Shown: positions 1 to 11,999 of the stretch, piece after piece
Numbering within the stretch: the stretch's first letter is position 1
Layout of the letters: each line of letters starts with the position of its first letter
From: Macrostomum lignano
Lineage: Eukaryota
Assembly (NCBI GenBank): GCA_002269645.1
Contig: NIVC01000158.1
Location: 248,001-312,000, forward strand
Length of the DNA: 64,000 nt
Direction of reading: 5' to 3'
Program-made: the position numbers and the translations under genes
The notes under the pieces: model-generated
Told to the model about the DNA's origin: nothing
Database searches by the model: none
What the model saw: only the letters and a program-made list of their open reading frames with translations

Positions 1-140
1 GTCACTGTTCTGCCTCTGTGACTTCTTGGTGGGTCACTGTTCTGCCTCTGTGACTTCTTGGTGGGTCACTATTCTGCCCTGTGACTCTTCTTGGTGGGTC
101 ACTATTCTGCCCTGTGACTCTTCTTGGTGGGTCACTGTTC
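1..140. repeat. 32-33 bp minisatellite (GTCACTGTTCTGCCTCTGTGACTTCTTGGTGG), truncated by the window edge
   Basis: GTCACT recurs at 1, 33, 65, 98 and 131; each unit has an internal GTCAC...GTGAC inverted repeat. Confidence 0.9.
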
Positions 141-699
141 TGCTCATCTACATCCTTACTACATCTGGATGGATCACTGCCCGGTCCTGTGAGCAGGTAA
201 ATGCCCATTGTTTCGGTAAGGGCAGAGAGTTGGCCTATTCATAGAATTTGGTTAAATCATAATCACCAATTTGTTTTTAATAGGTCATTGCATGATAACA
301 AACGGTTACAATAGAAAATGTAATAGATATAATAGGAATTGAGAGAAAAAATAATTAAACCTGAAATAGCGCTGGAAAAACCTGAGTGCATATCTACAAA
401 TGCTTTACGACATATCTATCGCCCACAAATAAGTCAATATTGACGCACTTGCATAGAGCAGAATACGACTTATTCAGATCACATTCTGTGATAAAAAACC
501 CAGCTGAAAATGCCGATGCGCCCCAATTGCACCAGATAAAAAATTGTGCAACAACCTGATAGGCTAAAAATAGAATAATTTAAGACTGTTGCTGATAAAG
601 ACAGAAAGATCAAGTGAAGTGGGAGAGGGGCACAGGGGTGCAAAAGACAAGTAGGTAGAGAACCAGAGAAGAGAGGACAGAGTGAGACAAGGAAGGGAA

Positions 700-1340
700 A
701 GAGATAGTAGCAGACAAGAAGGGGAAGACAGGGGCAGACAAGAAGGGGAGAGACAGAGGCAGACAAGGAAGGAGAGACAGGGGCAGACAAGAAGGGGAGA
801 GACAGTGGCAGACAAGAAGGGGAGAGACAGGGGCAGACAAGAAGGGGAGAGACAGGGGCAGACAAGAAGGAGAGAGACAGTGGCAGACAAGAAGGGGAGA
901 GACAGGGGCAGACAAGAAGGGGAGAGACAGTGGCAGACAAGAAGGGGAGAGACAGGGGCAGACAAGAAGGGGAGAGACAGGGGCAGACAAGAAGGGGAGA
1001 GACAGGGGCAGACAAGAAGGGGAGAGACAGGGGCAGACAAGAAGGGGAGAGACAGTGGCAGACAAGAAGGAGAGAGACAGGGGCAGACAAGAAGGGGAGA
1101 GACAGGGGCAGACAAGAAGGGGAGAGACAGGGGCAGATAAGAAGGGGAGAGACAGGGGCAGACAAGAAGGGGAGAGACAGGGGCAGACAAGAAGGGGAGA
1201 GACAGGGGCAGATAAGAAGGGGAGAGACAGGGGCAGACAAGAAGGGGAGAGACAGGGGCAGACAAGAAGGGGAGAGACAGGGCCAGACAAGAAGGGGAGA
1301 GACAGGGCCAGACAAGAAGGGAAAACAGGGCCAGACAAAG
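700..1340. repeat. 25 bp minisatellite (GACAAGAAGGGGAGAGACAGGGGCA)
   Basis: GACAAG at 961, 986 and 1011; about 25 copies; the long ORFs here are translations of the repeat. Confidence 0.95.
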
Positions 1341-1552
1341 CTCTCTTATGCTGAGTTAATAATGTAATGGCATTGTCTCCTGTAAAGAAAGTGAAAATTG
1401 ACTCAAAAAGTCATGAAATCAATGCGAATCAAAGTGTTTTTGTGTAATTACAACAATTTCACAATATTATGAATGATTTGGTAAGCCTTCAAATCGAGTT
1501 TAATGATTGATATTTTTACAGACGGGTCCAGCTAAGCAATCGGTTAACTTAC

Positions 1553-1591
1553 CGCTAGAGTGGCTAGCATCAGAGTGAGGGGTAGCTTGAT
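1553..1591 (-). CDS. candidate 39-nt AGFG1 exon 3 (DQATPHSDASHSS)
   Basis: Minus strand: ccgatAG|atcaagct...tctagcg|GTAAGT; phase 1-1, open in frame with exon 2; no homology support. Confidence 0.4.
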
Positions 1592-1979
1592 CTATCGGTT
1601 GGCGAAACAGTTTAAAATGAAATTTATAACAAAGATAATTTCAGCAAAAATTTAAACTCTATATCTGGTCATGGGTTAGATAATTACTTTTATTGTAATG
1701 TGCATTAACAAGAACACTTCAACTTGATATTGGCTTTTAGAAGCAGAACTAAGGTGACCATTTAATGTTTTCTCCGGTTAACGGACCCTTGCTTTGCACT
1801 TTATATATTTGATTTAAATATCATTAAGTGCCTCTTTCAATAGCCAACTTTTTGCACACTACCATTTCGATAATGAATGGCTTGTAAAGTTGTGTTACGT
1901 GAGAATTTTTCAGCTTAGAGGGTACTGCTAAAATTATTTAGGTTTTTTCCAGTTTATGAAACTTTGAGCTGGTAAACTC

Positions 1980-3260
1980 CCAGATCTTTCAGGCATGTGA
2001 ACCAAATCTTTCAGGCATGTGAACCAGATCTTTCAGGCATGTGAACCAGACCTTTCAGGCATGTGAACCAGATCTTTCAGGCATGTGAACCAGACCTTTC
2101 AGGCATGTGAACCAGATCTTTCAGGCATGTGAACCAGACCTTTCAGGCATGTGAACCAGGTCTTTTAGGCATGTGAACCAGATCTTTCAGGCATGTGAAC
2201 CAGACCTTTCAGGCATGTGAACCAGATCTTTCAGGCATGTGAACCAGACCTTTCAGGCATGTGAACCAGGTCTTTTAGGCATGTGAACCAGATCTTTCAG
2301 GCATGTGAACCAGATCTTTCAGGCATGTGAACCAGACCTTTCAGGCATGTGAACCAGATCTTTCAGGCATGTGAACCAAATCTTTCAGGCATGTGAACCA
2401 GATCTTTCAGGCATGTGAACCAGACCTTCCAGGCATGTGAACCAGATCTTTCAGGCATGTGAACCAGACCTTTCAGGCATGTGAACCAGGTCTTTTAGGC
2501 ATGTGAACCAGATCTTTCAGGCATGTGAACCAGACCTTTCAGGCATGTGAACCAGATCTTTCAGGCATGTGAACCAGACCTTTCAGGCATGTGAACCAGG
2601 TCTTTTAGGCATGTGAACCAGATCTTTCAGGCATGTGAACCAGATCTTTCAGGCATGTGAACCAGACCTTTCAGGCATGTGAACCAGATCTTTCAGGCAT
2701 GTGAACCAGACCTTTCAGGCATGTGAACCATATCTTTCAGGCATGTGAACCAGATCTTCCAGGCATGTGAACCAGATCTTTCAGGCATGTGAACCAGACC
2801 TTTCAGGCATGTGAACCAGATCTTTCAGGCATGTGAACCAGACCTTTTAGGCATGTGAACCAGATCTTTCAGGCATGTGAACCAGACCTTTCAGGCATGT
2901 GAACCAGACCTTTCAGGCATGTGAACCAGATCTTTCAGGCATGTGAACCAGATCTTTCAGGCATGTGAACCAGACCTTTCAGGCATGTGAACCAGATCTT
3001 TCAGGCATGTGAACCAGATCTTTCAGGCATGTGAACCAGATCTTTCAGGCATGTGAACCAGATCTTCCAGGCATGTGAACCATATCTTTCAGGCATGTGA
3101 ACCAGATCTTCCAGGCATGTGAACCAGACCTTTCAGGCATGTGAACCAGATCTTTCAGGCATGTGAACCAGACCTTTCAGGCATGTGAACCAGATCTTTC
3201 AGGTATGTGAACCAGATCTTTCAGGCATGTGAACCAGGTCTTTAAGGCATGTGAACCAGA
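1980..3260. repeat. 22 bp minisatellite (GAACCAGATCTTTCAGGCATGT) in AGFG1 intron 2
   Basis: Period 22 (GTGAAC at 2041 and 2063); about 58 copies; ends about 60 nt from the donor at 3321. Confidence 0.97.
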
Positions 3261-3321
3261 ATTCTCAAAATGATGAATTATCAAGCTTTGCTAGAGGACT
3301 AATTAAGCAATTCACTCTTAC

Positions 3322-6300
3322 CCGAAGGTGCCGCATTGAACAGGTCGGCAAAAGCGGCATATTTATCGATGCCCGTGGCGCCACTGCTTGTCGACGCCGA
3401 GGAGGAGGCAGCGGCGGCAGTGTTGCTGCTAGACATTGGCTGCAACGGGGCGCCGAACGAAGCGACTGGCTGTTGAGCGACCGACTGCGGCGGGAAGCCA
3501 CCACCGCCGCCGAAGAAGTCGGTCGAATTACCGCCTCCGCCGCCGCCTCCAGAGGCCAGCAGGTCAAAGTTGGCAAATCCAGTGTCAGCGGCCGATGAAG
3601 TCGGCGGTGCAGCCGCAGTTGTGCCGTTGCTGCTGCCGCCGAATAGATCGGCGCCTAGCAGATCGACAGCGGCGCCGCCACCAACTGCAGTTGGCGCAGC
3701 TGACGATGTGGCGGCGGGGACAGGCGCCACAGGCAGAGGCACCCCAACTGAGGTGGCGGCAGGCGCGGCAGTGGGCCTGGCCGTGGTGCTGGCCGAGCTG
3801 GCAGACGCTGGCGCCGGCGGTCCAGCCAGTTTAGCAGCCGCGGCAGACGGAGGCGCATTGATGCCCAGTATCGACCTCGCCCCCTTGGCGCCTTGGCCTT
3901 TCTCAATGCGATCGAACACCGGCTGATTGGCCGCGCGAGCCTCGGCAAACAGTTCTTCGCTTGGAGACACGTAGTAGCGCTTCTTTTCGTATTTAACGGC
4001 CATGAAATCGCGCACTGACTGCTCGTTGCTACGCGAGTCCGGCTCTGCCGGCATGCCGGCCTGCCGGTCGTGCAGGCCCAGCCAGACACGGCGGCACAGG
4101 TCGTTGCCGCGCGACTTCAAGAATTCCATCTCGTCCGCAGTGAAACTGGCCATGGAGATGGACTTGACCCGGTGGGGCGGGTTCAGGCCGCGACTGGGGG
4201 AAGGAGAAAGGATGTACAGAGCGCTGCTGTGTCCAGATTATGCCGAAGCAGAATTAATGTCAAATATTTCTACTTGGTCTAGGAATAAAAAAAGTTATGA
4301 CACCATTTTACTATGACAATTCCTTTTAACTTTTGTAGTGTATTTTCCCATAAGGACTGTAAACTGTTAAATGTACACAATAATTGAATAAATTTGTTGG
4401 AAAAATACAAGTCAAAAAATTGCATGAATAAATAAATTATTTTTCTAATTTATGTAAACAGAAAAACAAATATTGATAAATAGTCTTTCCTAGTGTTAAA
4501 TGTTATTTCTCCCAGCTGTCAGTAATACTATACATTATTGGGGAAGGGACATGTTTCAAATACCTGTAACAAAATTTAAAATAAATTCTGAATTGAAAAA
4601 TTGATGCCAGCAATGCGAGGCATTGTGGTCATGTATGTTAAAAAAGCAATTTGAAAAAAGTAAAGACATTACTAGTATTTTTACTATTATATCAGAATAC
4701 AATATTGTTTTACTAAATGTTGGCACAATCATGTTGGCTAAATGGCTAGAACAGATATGGAAAAATATTTTATTTACCATCCCCTCATGATTTCCTAAAA
4801 TATGATTCCTAATTAGATATCTCTCGACTTCTCAACCAAATGGATGATAGTTCTCAATTGGAAGAAATCAAATTCCATATGGTTTAATTTAATATAGATA
4901 TAATGAAATTAGAATCCCATTATGCACTATAAATTCCTAAGCTCTAAAGTCTAGTCTATGAAAAATTATGATGTCATGCATTTTAAATGGTATTATATAT
5001 AATTTACTTTGGAGTCTAACACTTTCTATTATGGTTCCTTAATTTTTGCTTATTTGGTATATATTGTACTATTTTTGTATATCACTTTTTTGTGACATCT
5101 TAATTATTTAGATATAGTATATAGTACATATATATATGTATATATATATTTATTTATAAGGAATACAACCCACTTTGGTAATAGCCATTTTGGTAAAAAA
5201 GCAGATTTATGACTATCAACACTTCATTTTTATGATAATTAGGTTTAGCAATAATTAGTTTAGTAATTAACATCTTAAATATCTTATTGCCACATATGGT
5301 CAATTTTTCTAGTTGAACTATATTATAAATTGTTTAAACTTGTGCATTAACTTTGTGAAAAATTTGAAAGCAAAAAAAAATTAATGAAGAAAAAAATAGA
5401 TTCTGTAATTTTAAGTCACTATTTGCTAACTAGATCAGAGATACTAATGCACACAATACACAATATTTGGTCAATTACAGGATGTCTCAGGTGCATATAT
5501 CTGATCTATCTAGAAATTAAAATAGATTGGTTAAAACACTTTTAAACAAGTTAAATGCATGCAGGTATGCATGTTTTGTCATTTTTTCTTTAAAGTTTGT
5601 CAACTGGCACATTCTTTTGGAGCATATCAATTAATATATGCAGACTGCATAACAATCCTCTGTCTATAGTCTGGAAGAGGATTATGGATAGGAAGATTAT
5701 ATGGACAGAGGATTATATACGCTGGATTAATCTGGTGTATACTCATGATTTTTGGCATATAATTTTTTGGTTGTTTGAAATGTGGCATATTATCTGGCAT
5801 CTAAAAATAGATAGTAAAAAAGTGGTATACATGTTCCTGCAATTGCAGAATGAAATTGTAAAATAAATTTAATTTTAATTTAAATGGAAAATAATTATTT
5901 TTAAAGAATAAAAGAAATCTTGGCATATATTGACTTCCTACTATAAAGAATATCAGCAAAAAAGCAAAAAAGTGAAACAAAAGAGCAAAAAATGTCATTT
6001 GGTATGCTGCAACACCAGAAACAAGGCTTGTAATAAGGCTCATTTTTTTCTAGGATTATGATTTTTGGTTGGAAAAAGTTTGGTATATACTGGTGTACCA
6101 AAAAATTATGGGAAATTATAGTCTGGCATACATTCAGGGTATTCCAAACTATGGTCCTCTGTTTTAGAACTTCCAATAGGCTAGAAATCTATTTTTGCTA
6201 TTATACCAAATAGAAATCTGATGCAAACAATGTAGGTAATCCTTATTTGCACAATAGGCTTACCAAGTAAATAGTGCCCACACTCTAGATCAGGTAGTAT

Positions 6301-8577
6301 ATGCCCAAAAATTTGGGCATGCATTAGCCTTGCATGCCAAAATTAGGCATGCACAGTTGGCATGCATCACTCCTGAGAAAATAGTATACGTGCACACCTG
6401 GCGTGTACTTTATAGAATCACACGTAAGAGATATTGTGAAGTAGAAAAAAGTTCATTTTTAAGCACAAATTTCAAGCTTTCCAGTTTTTTCAAGCTTTTA
6501 AAAGAGCATTTAAACAAATCTTTTTGTGTATAAATTATTTGCTGTAAATTGTATTGCTGAAAAAGCGGACTTCTTCAAGTTTATGTTGATAAAATACTTC
6601 TGATTTTTCGATTTTTCTAAAACTTGCATTGGAGACTTATGGGGCACCCAAAATTATAAAAATGCAAAAAAAAGTGTAGAAAATTACCTGTACAGTTGAT
6701 GCAATCACAATTTACTCAATTCCCTATTCTCTTAATCACGTTCGGTGAGAAAAAGTTTCCACGAATACATTTTTGAAAGTGTATCCACTAGACTTTTAAT
6801 CTAATAGCACATGTGCTAGAACTTCATTAGGCCAATTAAAGATGAATAATAATATCTACAAATTAATATGCAATTGTCTTTTACGTTGGCTGATAATAGT
6901 TTTTCAATTTAGTTATAATGCATAGACAGAGTGATGTCACTGTTTGCTTTTTTTTAAAACTGTCACGACCGGCTCAATCTTTGCATTACCACTTTCACTG
7001 CACCCAGCCAAAGCAATGTTCGCAACTTTAAAGCATTTCGCTCCTCAAAACCAATTACTGTACAAGGCTAGATTACTAATTCTATTTTATTAAGGAAGTA
7101 ACGGCACTTGATTTTGTTAAGCAAATTCATTTAGATAAAGTTATAGAATTCAACCAACTTTTGACATAATTATGTTGACTCTTTGGTGGATTCTCTCTTT
7201 TCTCGTGTCGTGGAGTTACAACCTCTCCCCCCTATTAGAAATGGAATTTATCAACACAATCTTGAATAGGTCTCCATGCCTCTATTCAAGTTTATGTTGA
7301 TAAAACCAATCCTCATGAAAAATCTCCCCACCCTAAAACCCCCTATTCCCCATGCCCCGGTAGTTGGTTTTAAGCTACAACCTTCCCCCCCCCCTATTAG
7401 AATTGTAATTTATCAACACAATCTTGAATAGGTCTCCATGCCTCTATTCAAGTTTATGTTGATAAAACCAATCCTCATGAAAAATCTCCCCACCCTAAAA
7501 CCCCCTATTCCACCGCCCTGGTAGTTGGTTTTAAGCTACAACCCCCCCTCCCTATTAGAATTGGAATTTATCAACACAATCTTGAATAGGTCTCCATGCT
7601 TGAAATCTGAAATCAGCACCATCAAAAACCCCTATAGAGACAAAATTATGATCCTATCAAAATTAAAACTATTTTATCAACATAAACTTGAAGAAGTCCG
7701 AAAAAGCATAAAAAGCAACCAAATTATCTGGTAATAAAGGTCTATTACGCAATTTAAAAAAGGTATTTTGTTGTCACAACGAAAAAAAGGTCATTTATTG
7801 TCGCAATACCGGCATATTTTAGAGAATGGGCGTGCACTAACTTTTTTTGCGTGCAGTTGTAATTATTTAATTTTTTAATAACAGCGCCCAGACTGCGCAC
7901 AGATGGTACACAGATGGCGCATAGACAGCGCACAGATTGTCCCTCTAAAATTTATTCCGGCGCACACTCTGCCACCTTCCTGACTATGGCGTGCAAATAA
8001 CAAGTGCCAACAATGTATGTTTTAGTTAGCAATAAAAATAATACAAAATTTTTGATAGTATGTAAGTTCTATACTTTTTGGTTCTCTTAAAAAATTAACA
8101 CCCAAACTGGTTTTCTTAAAAAAGATGGTTTTCAAACTGGTTAACTGGTTCTCAAAAGGCACAGTTTTTGGCATCCATATTTGCAATTATTACTATTACT
8201 ATTAGTATTAGTACCCTATCTTTTAGCTGAACTAGTCACTTTCTTTTGCCGAAATGTACATTTTATGTAAACTAAAAATTTTGCTGAAGATTCCCTCGCC
8301 AAAATGGGCTGCTCCCTAGCCTAGAGAGCCTACAGTGTACATCCATCTCTGCAAAATTAAAAAATATATTATAAATACAACTTCGAATTACAGATCAGAT
8401 TTTTACTTACAGAATACCACTGCAACCAGTGCAGATGAATGAACCGATTGTCATATTAACATAAGTAGGGCCACGTTGGCTACAATCAAAGCAGTGTTTG
8501 TTTCCAGGCAATGAGACAAGCTCTCGCAAAATTTTTGTATTTTTTTCATCTTGCTTTTTCTTTGCCGCCGCAGACAT
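3322..8577 (-). CDS. AGFG1: ArfGAP with FG repeats (AGFG1/AGFG2/drongo family), 5' exons; gene continues toward position 1
   Basis: Exon 1 8577-8411 (MSAAAKKKQDEK...CFDCSQRGPTYVNMTIGSFICTGCSGIL, GTAAGT donor) splices in phase to exon 2 4193-3322 (LRGLNPPHRVKSISMASF...KYEKKRYY). This gives the CxxC-x16-CxxC ArfGAP zinc finger followed by low-complexity FG-type motifs (DLFG, DFFG, SFG). Confidence 0.93.
6291..7870. mobile_element. dispersed repeat, copy 1 (probable non-autonomous DNA transposon)
   Basis: 6291-6420 (caggtagtatatgcc...gggcatgcatt...ttggcatgca) and ~7780-7870 (aaaggtcatttattgtcg...) both recur in the same order at 9739-10095; starts after ctctagat, a hAT/Charlie-like target. Confidence 0.45.
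7215..7600. repeat. ~160 bp tandem repeat, about 2.5 copies
   Basis: tttatcaacacaatcttgaataggtctccatg occurs three times at ~160 bp spacing. Confidence 0.85.
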
Positions 8578-9738
8578 TTTGACGCTTTTCAATAGGAAAT
8601 TCTTTACTCGACCTGTGAAATTAAGCGTCCTACTACCATAAAAATATTAGACTACGACAAAAGGGAGTTCAAAAGATTAAAAAACTCGTGATGGTGCGTT
8701 GATAGCACTATTTCATTCGTTAACAAGAAGATGAACGGAAAGTGTGTTGTTGGATTTCCTAGAACACTGAATTAACCGTTTAAAACTTTTTTAAACAAGA
8801 GAATGCAGTTACAAAAAGCAGCTAATATATTTTGTAGATGTAATACAGTACAATAAAAGAAAGTTATGTTTTTCGCAGGACAAAAATGGACTGGTGGAAA
8901 TCTAATATGTCATCGTTCATTTTTTAAATATCAATTTTCGAAGAACCGTAAAGGTTTACTTAAAACCGAACCCCTAAGCCCTAAGGCTCTGCTGATTATT
9001 AGGGCCTTAGCTAATAACTACAGAGCTAGGCGTACAGAGCAAGGCTATTGGAGTGATTAGTCTTAGAGAATAACGCTCATGCATACTAATATGTTGAGAG
9101 GACCAAATCATTATAATAGCTTATACTTACAATGTTTAGACTTTAAGTGACATAAGGCAATAAGCAATAATTTATTTATTTATTTAAGGGGATGTATCCC
9201 CCCGTAGAGCTGTGGGGGTCTGGTGTGGGGCATGAAAAAAATTCATTATTTGTTATATATATACTGATATAGGGCTATATACTGCTACTGCTTAAATAAT
9301 CTTATATAGTGTAGTGTTTTTATGCTGTTGTGTTCAAATGTTATACTTTTGTGCCATTTTTGTGGCCTCACTGGCCTGTGTTGGGTGTCTGTGGGTTTTC
9401 TAAACTTAGGCCTATTTCAATAGGGCTATACCCTATCTCCCTCTCCATTCTGCATGTGTCCCTTTTCCTTATCTCTTATACTATCCCATTGCCATTAAAT
9501 ACTATTGTTACATTTAGGCTTATATATCACACTGCTGTCACACTATCAGGCCTATTAGGCTGATCTATACCAAAATGCCTATTTATTGGCTACAATAAGG
9601 GATAATATCCTAAGGGTTAATTCTTAAAAATGTTTTCCAATTTATTTGTCTATTGATATAATGACACTTGACAGTGCATTTGCTAAGTAAACTAAATTTC
9701 TTTTTTTCTAAAACTATTTATCCACCATGCTTTAGATC

Positions 9739-10095
9739 ATGTAGTATATGCCTGAAAATTTGGGCATGCATTGGCCTTGTATGCCAAAAGTTGGCATGCA
9801 CAGTTGGCATGCAATACTCTTAATAAAAGTATAAATGCTATATGCACACCTAGCATGCACTTCATAGAACCACATTGAAGAGTTAGTGTCAAGCTTCCCA
9901 CGAAAGATAGTATAGGTAAAAAAGATAAAAAAGCAATTAAATTATCTACCAAAAAAATTTTTATGCAATACAAAAAGGTCATTTACTGTTGCAATGCACA
10001 AAGGTCATTTATTGTCGTAACACTGGCATAGATTTGAGTGTAGGCATACATTAATTTTTTGGCCTGCATTTGTAACTATACAATTTTTATTTGGG
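9739..10095. mobile_element. dispersed repeat, copy 2 (internally deleted relative to 6291-7870)
   Basis: Same two sequence blocks as copy 1, separated by only ~100 bp. Confidence 0.45.
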
Positions 10096-11999
10096 CATGT
10101 TATCATTTTATTATTAAAAGCAATTTAAAAATACTATTCAATAAATAAGAAACATACACTTTTGACAAGGCTGAGATAATTACCAAAAAAATTCTAGCAA
10201 AAATTATAGTTTACTAACATTCAATAATGGCTTATATTTGAGTCATATATTGTCTTAAAGGCCTATTATTACTTTCATCCTTTGTGTTTTACCTTGGCCA
10301 CAATGCCTTCTAATATTTCAGAGTTATGAGCTCTACCCTCTCTGCCTAGTCTATCTTGCTTTGCCTTGGTCCATCTGCTGGCTCCTTTGGTTGTCTCCTT
10401 GCTTATTGTGTCTTGGCTCTCATCTTTGACAGTGGATTGGAGTTCTGGAGAATGAGTTCGTCCTGAATTGAGGAATACCGGCTGAGTCTGGGTTCCTCTT
10501 GCTCCTTGTGCCCCTTCCTAACCCCTTGGCCTAGCCCCAAAATAGAGCTGGGTAGTGAAAGCCTTGAGGCTCGCAGCCCTGCAGAATAAAATGTTTTCTG
10601 ATTGCCCATCTGGCAGGAGCCTCACCCTTTGTAATGTTTGTTATAAATTACAATGTGGGTATATGATAATGCTACTACGAGTATATAATAATCAATCAAT
10701 GGCCTAAGGGAAAATAGAAATTTACTACAGATAGCGCTTGAAAACTGAAAAAAATCTCTTCCGATAAGGATATCTAATACCATATCTAATGGGTGGCTAA
10801 ATAGCTAGAAGCAGACAGAGCTGCAGTAATGTGGGTCAAATAATATGGGTTACACCAAATTCGTCAACATCTAATTCATCAACAGACCTAAAATGTGAGA
10901 AATTGGAAAAAGTCAAATTTGTCAACAGTTAAAACAAGCTGAGAGAATTCGTCAACAAAATAAGGCAGAGTTACTAAAAGTTGTTTTGTATCTCAATAAT
11001 GTAAATTTCTTTTAAATTTAAAGATTTAGTAAATAAAAAGATAGTATATTTGGAAGATTGAAATGCCTTTGTACATCAGAATACACAAACCCAACTTGAA
11101 TGTGCAACTAGCTAGCAATGGGTTGGAGCGTGAGCTAATTGAGTTCTGTGAGCAATGACAATGGGCTACCGGACATTTCCCCTCCAGCGTTTCCCCTCTG
11201 GCGATTTCCCTCCGGACATTTCCCCTCTGGACATTTCCCATCCAGCTATAACAAAATAACAGAGCTTTAGAACATGCCAAAAAGAAGTTTTGCACACATG
11301 TACATCACATCCATGTAGTTATGCTGTTAGATCGCTTTTATTTTAAAAATTATATAAGTAAAAAGTGAGAGTAGATGGCTTTATTATGTTTTATTATAGG
11401 TTTTCTCCCATATACTAAAAATGAAATGTCTGTAGCTATGCGATAGATTTCAGAAAAATTGGCTCAACCGATTTTCTTTAAACTTGCACCATTCGATCAG
11501 AAATTTTCCTGGGACGGTACATGCATCTTGGCTAAGAAATTGCTCAATGTTAAAGGGATTAAATATTCGAAAAACATGCTTTTTTGCAAAGGTCAAGCCA
11601 AATTTTCGACTTGAAATGCATTGTAAGAATGCTAGAGAAAAAACTGACTGACTGAATTCCGATTGTGATAAAGATTGCATCACAACAAGGTGAAAACAGT
11701 GCCAAAGAAATGCACACACGACTTGATTTAAATTGCGTAACCATATTGCTAACTTGAATTGAGACTGATACTGGCTGACTGAGAAATTGATTATGTCATA
11801 ACTTTTTACTCCAATTGACTTGCTGTAAGAATTGAATTATAAGGGCCACAATTCATGTTCTCCAATTGAAAAGAGATAGCCCTGATGCGAACAGACTGGA
11901 ATGCTAATGTAGCAACCTGGGTTCGAATCTTAGTAGTACAAAAAGATTTTTTTTATTAAAACACCTTAAAAACACAACAAAACTGCTAAACATCAAAGA

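Noticed and set aside
479-1367. 145-278 aa ORFs on both strands
   Set aside because: Translations of the 25-bp array inside an AGFG1 intron; periodic peptides in several frames
3251-3926. Plus-strand ORFs of 115-132 aa
   Set aside because: Antisense shadows of GC-rich AGFG1 exon 2
11860-11950. tRNA-like ggttcgaatc B box
   Set aside because: No cloverleaf can be built; at best a SINE remnant
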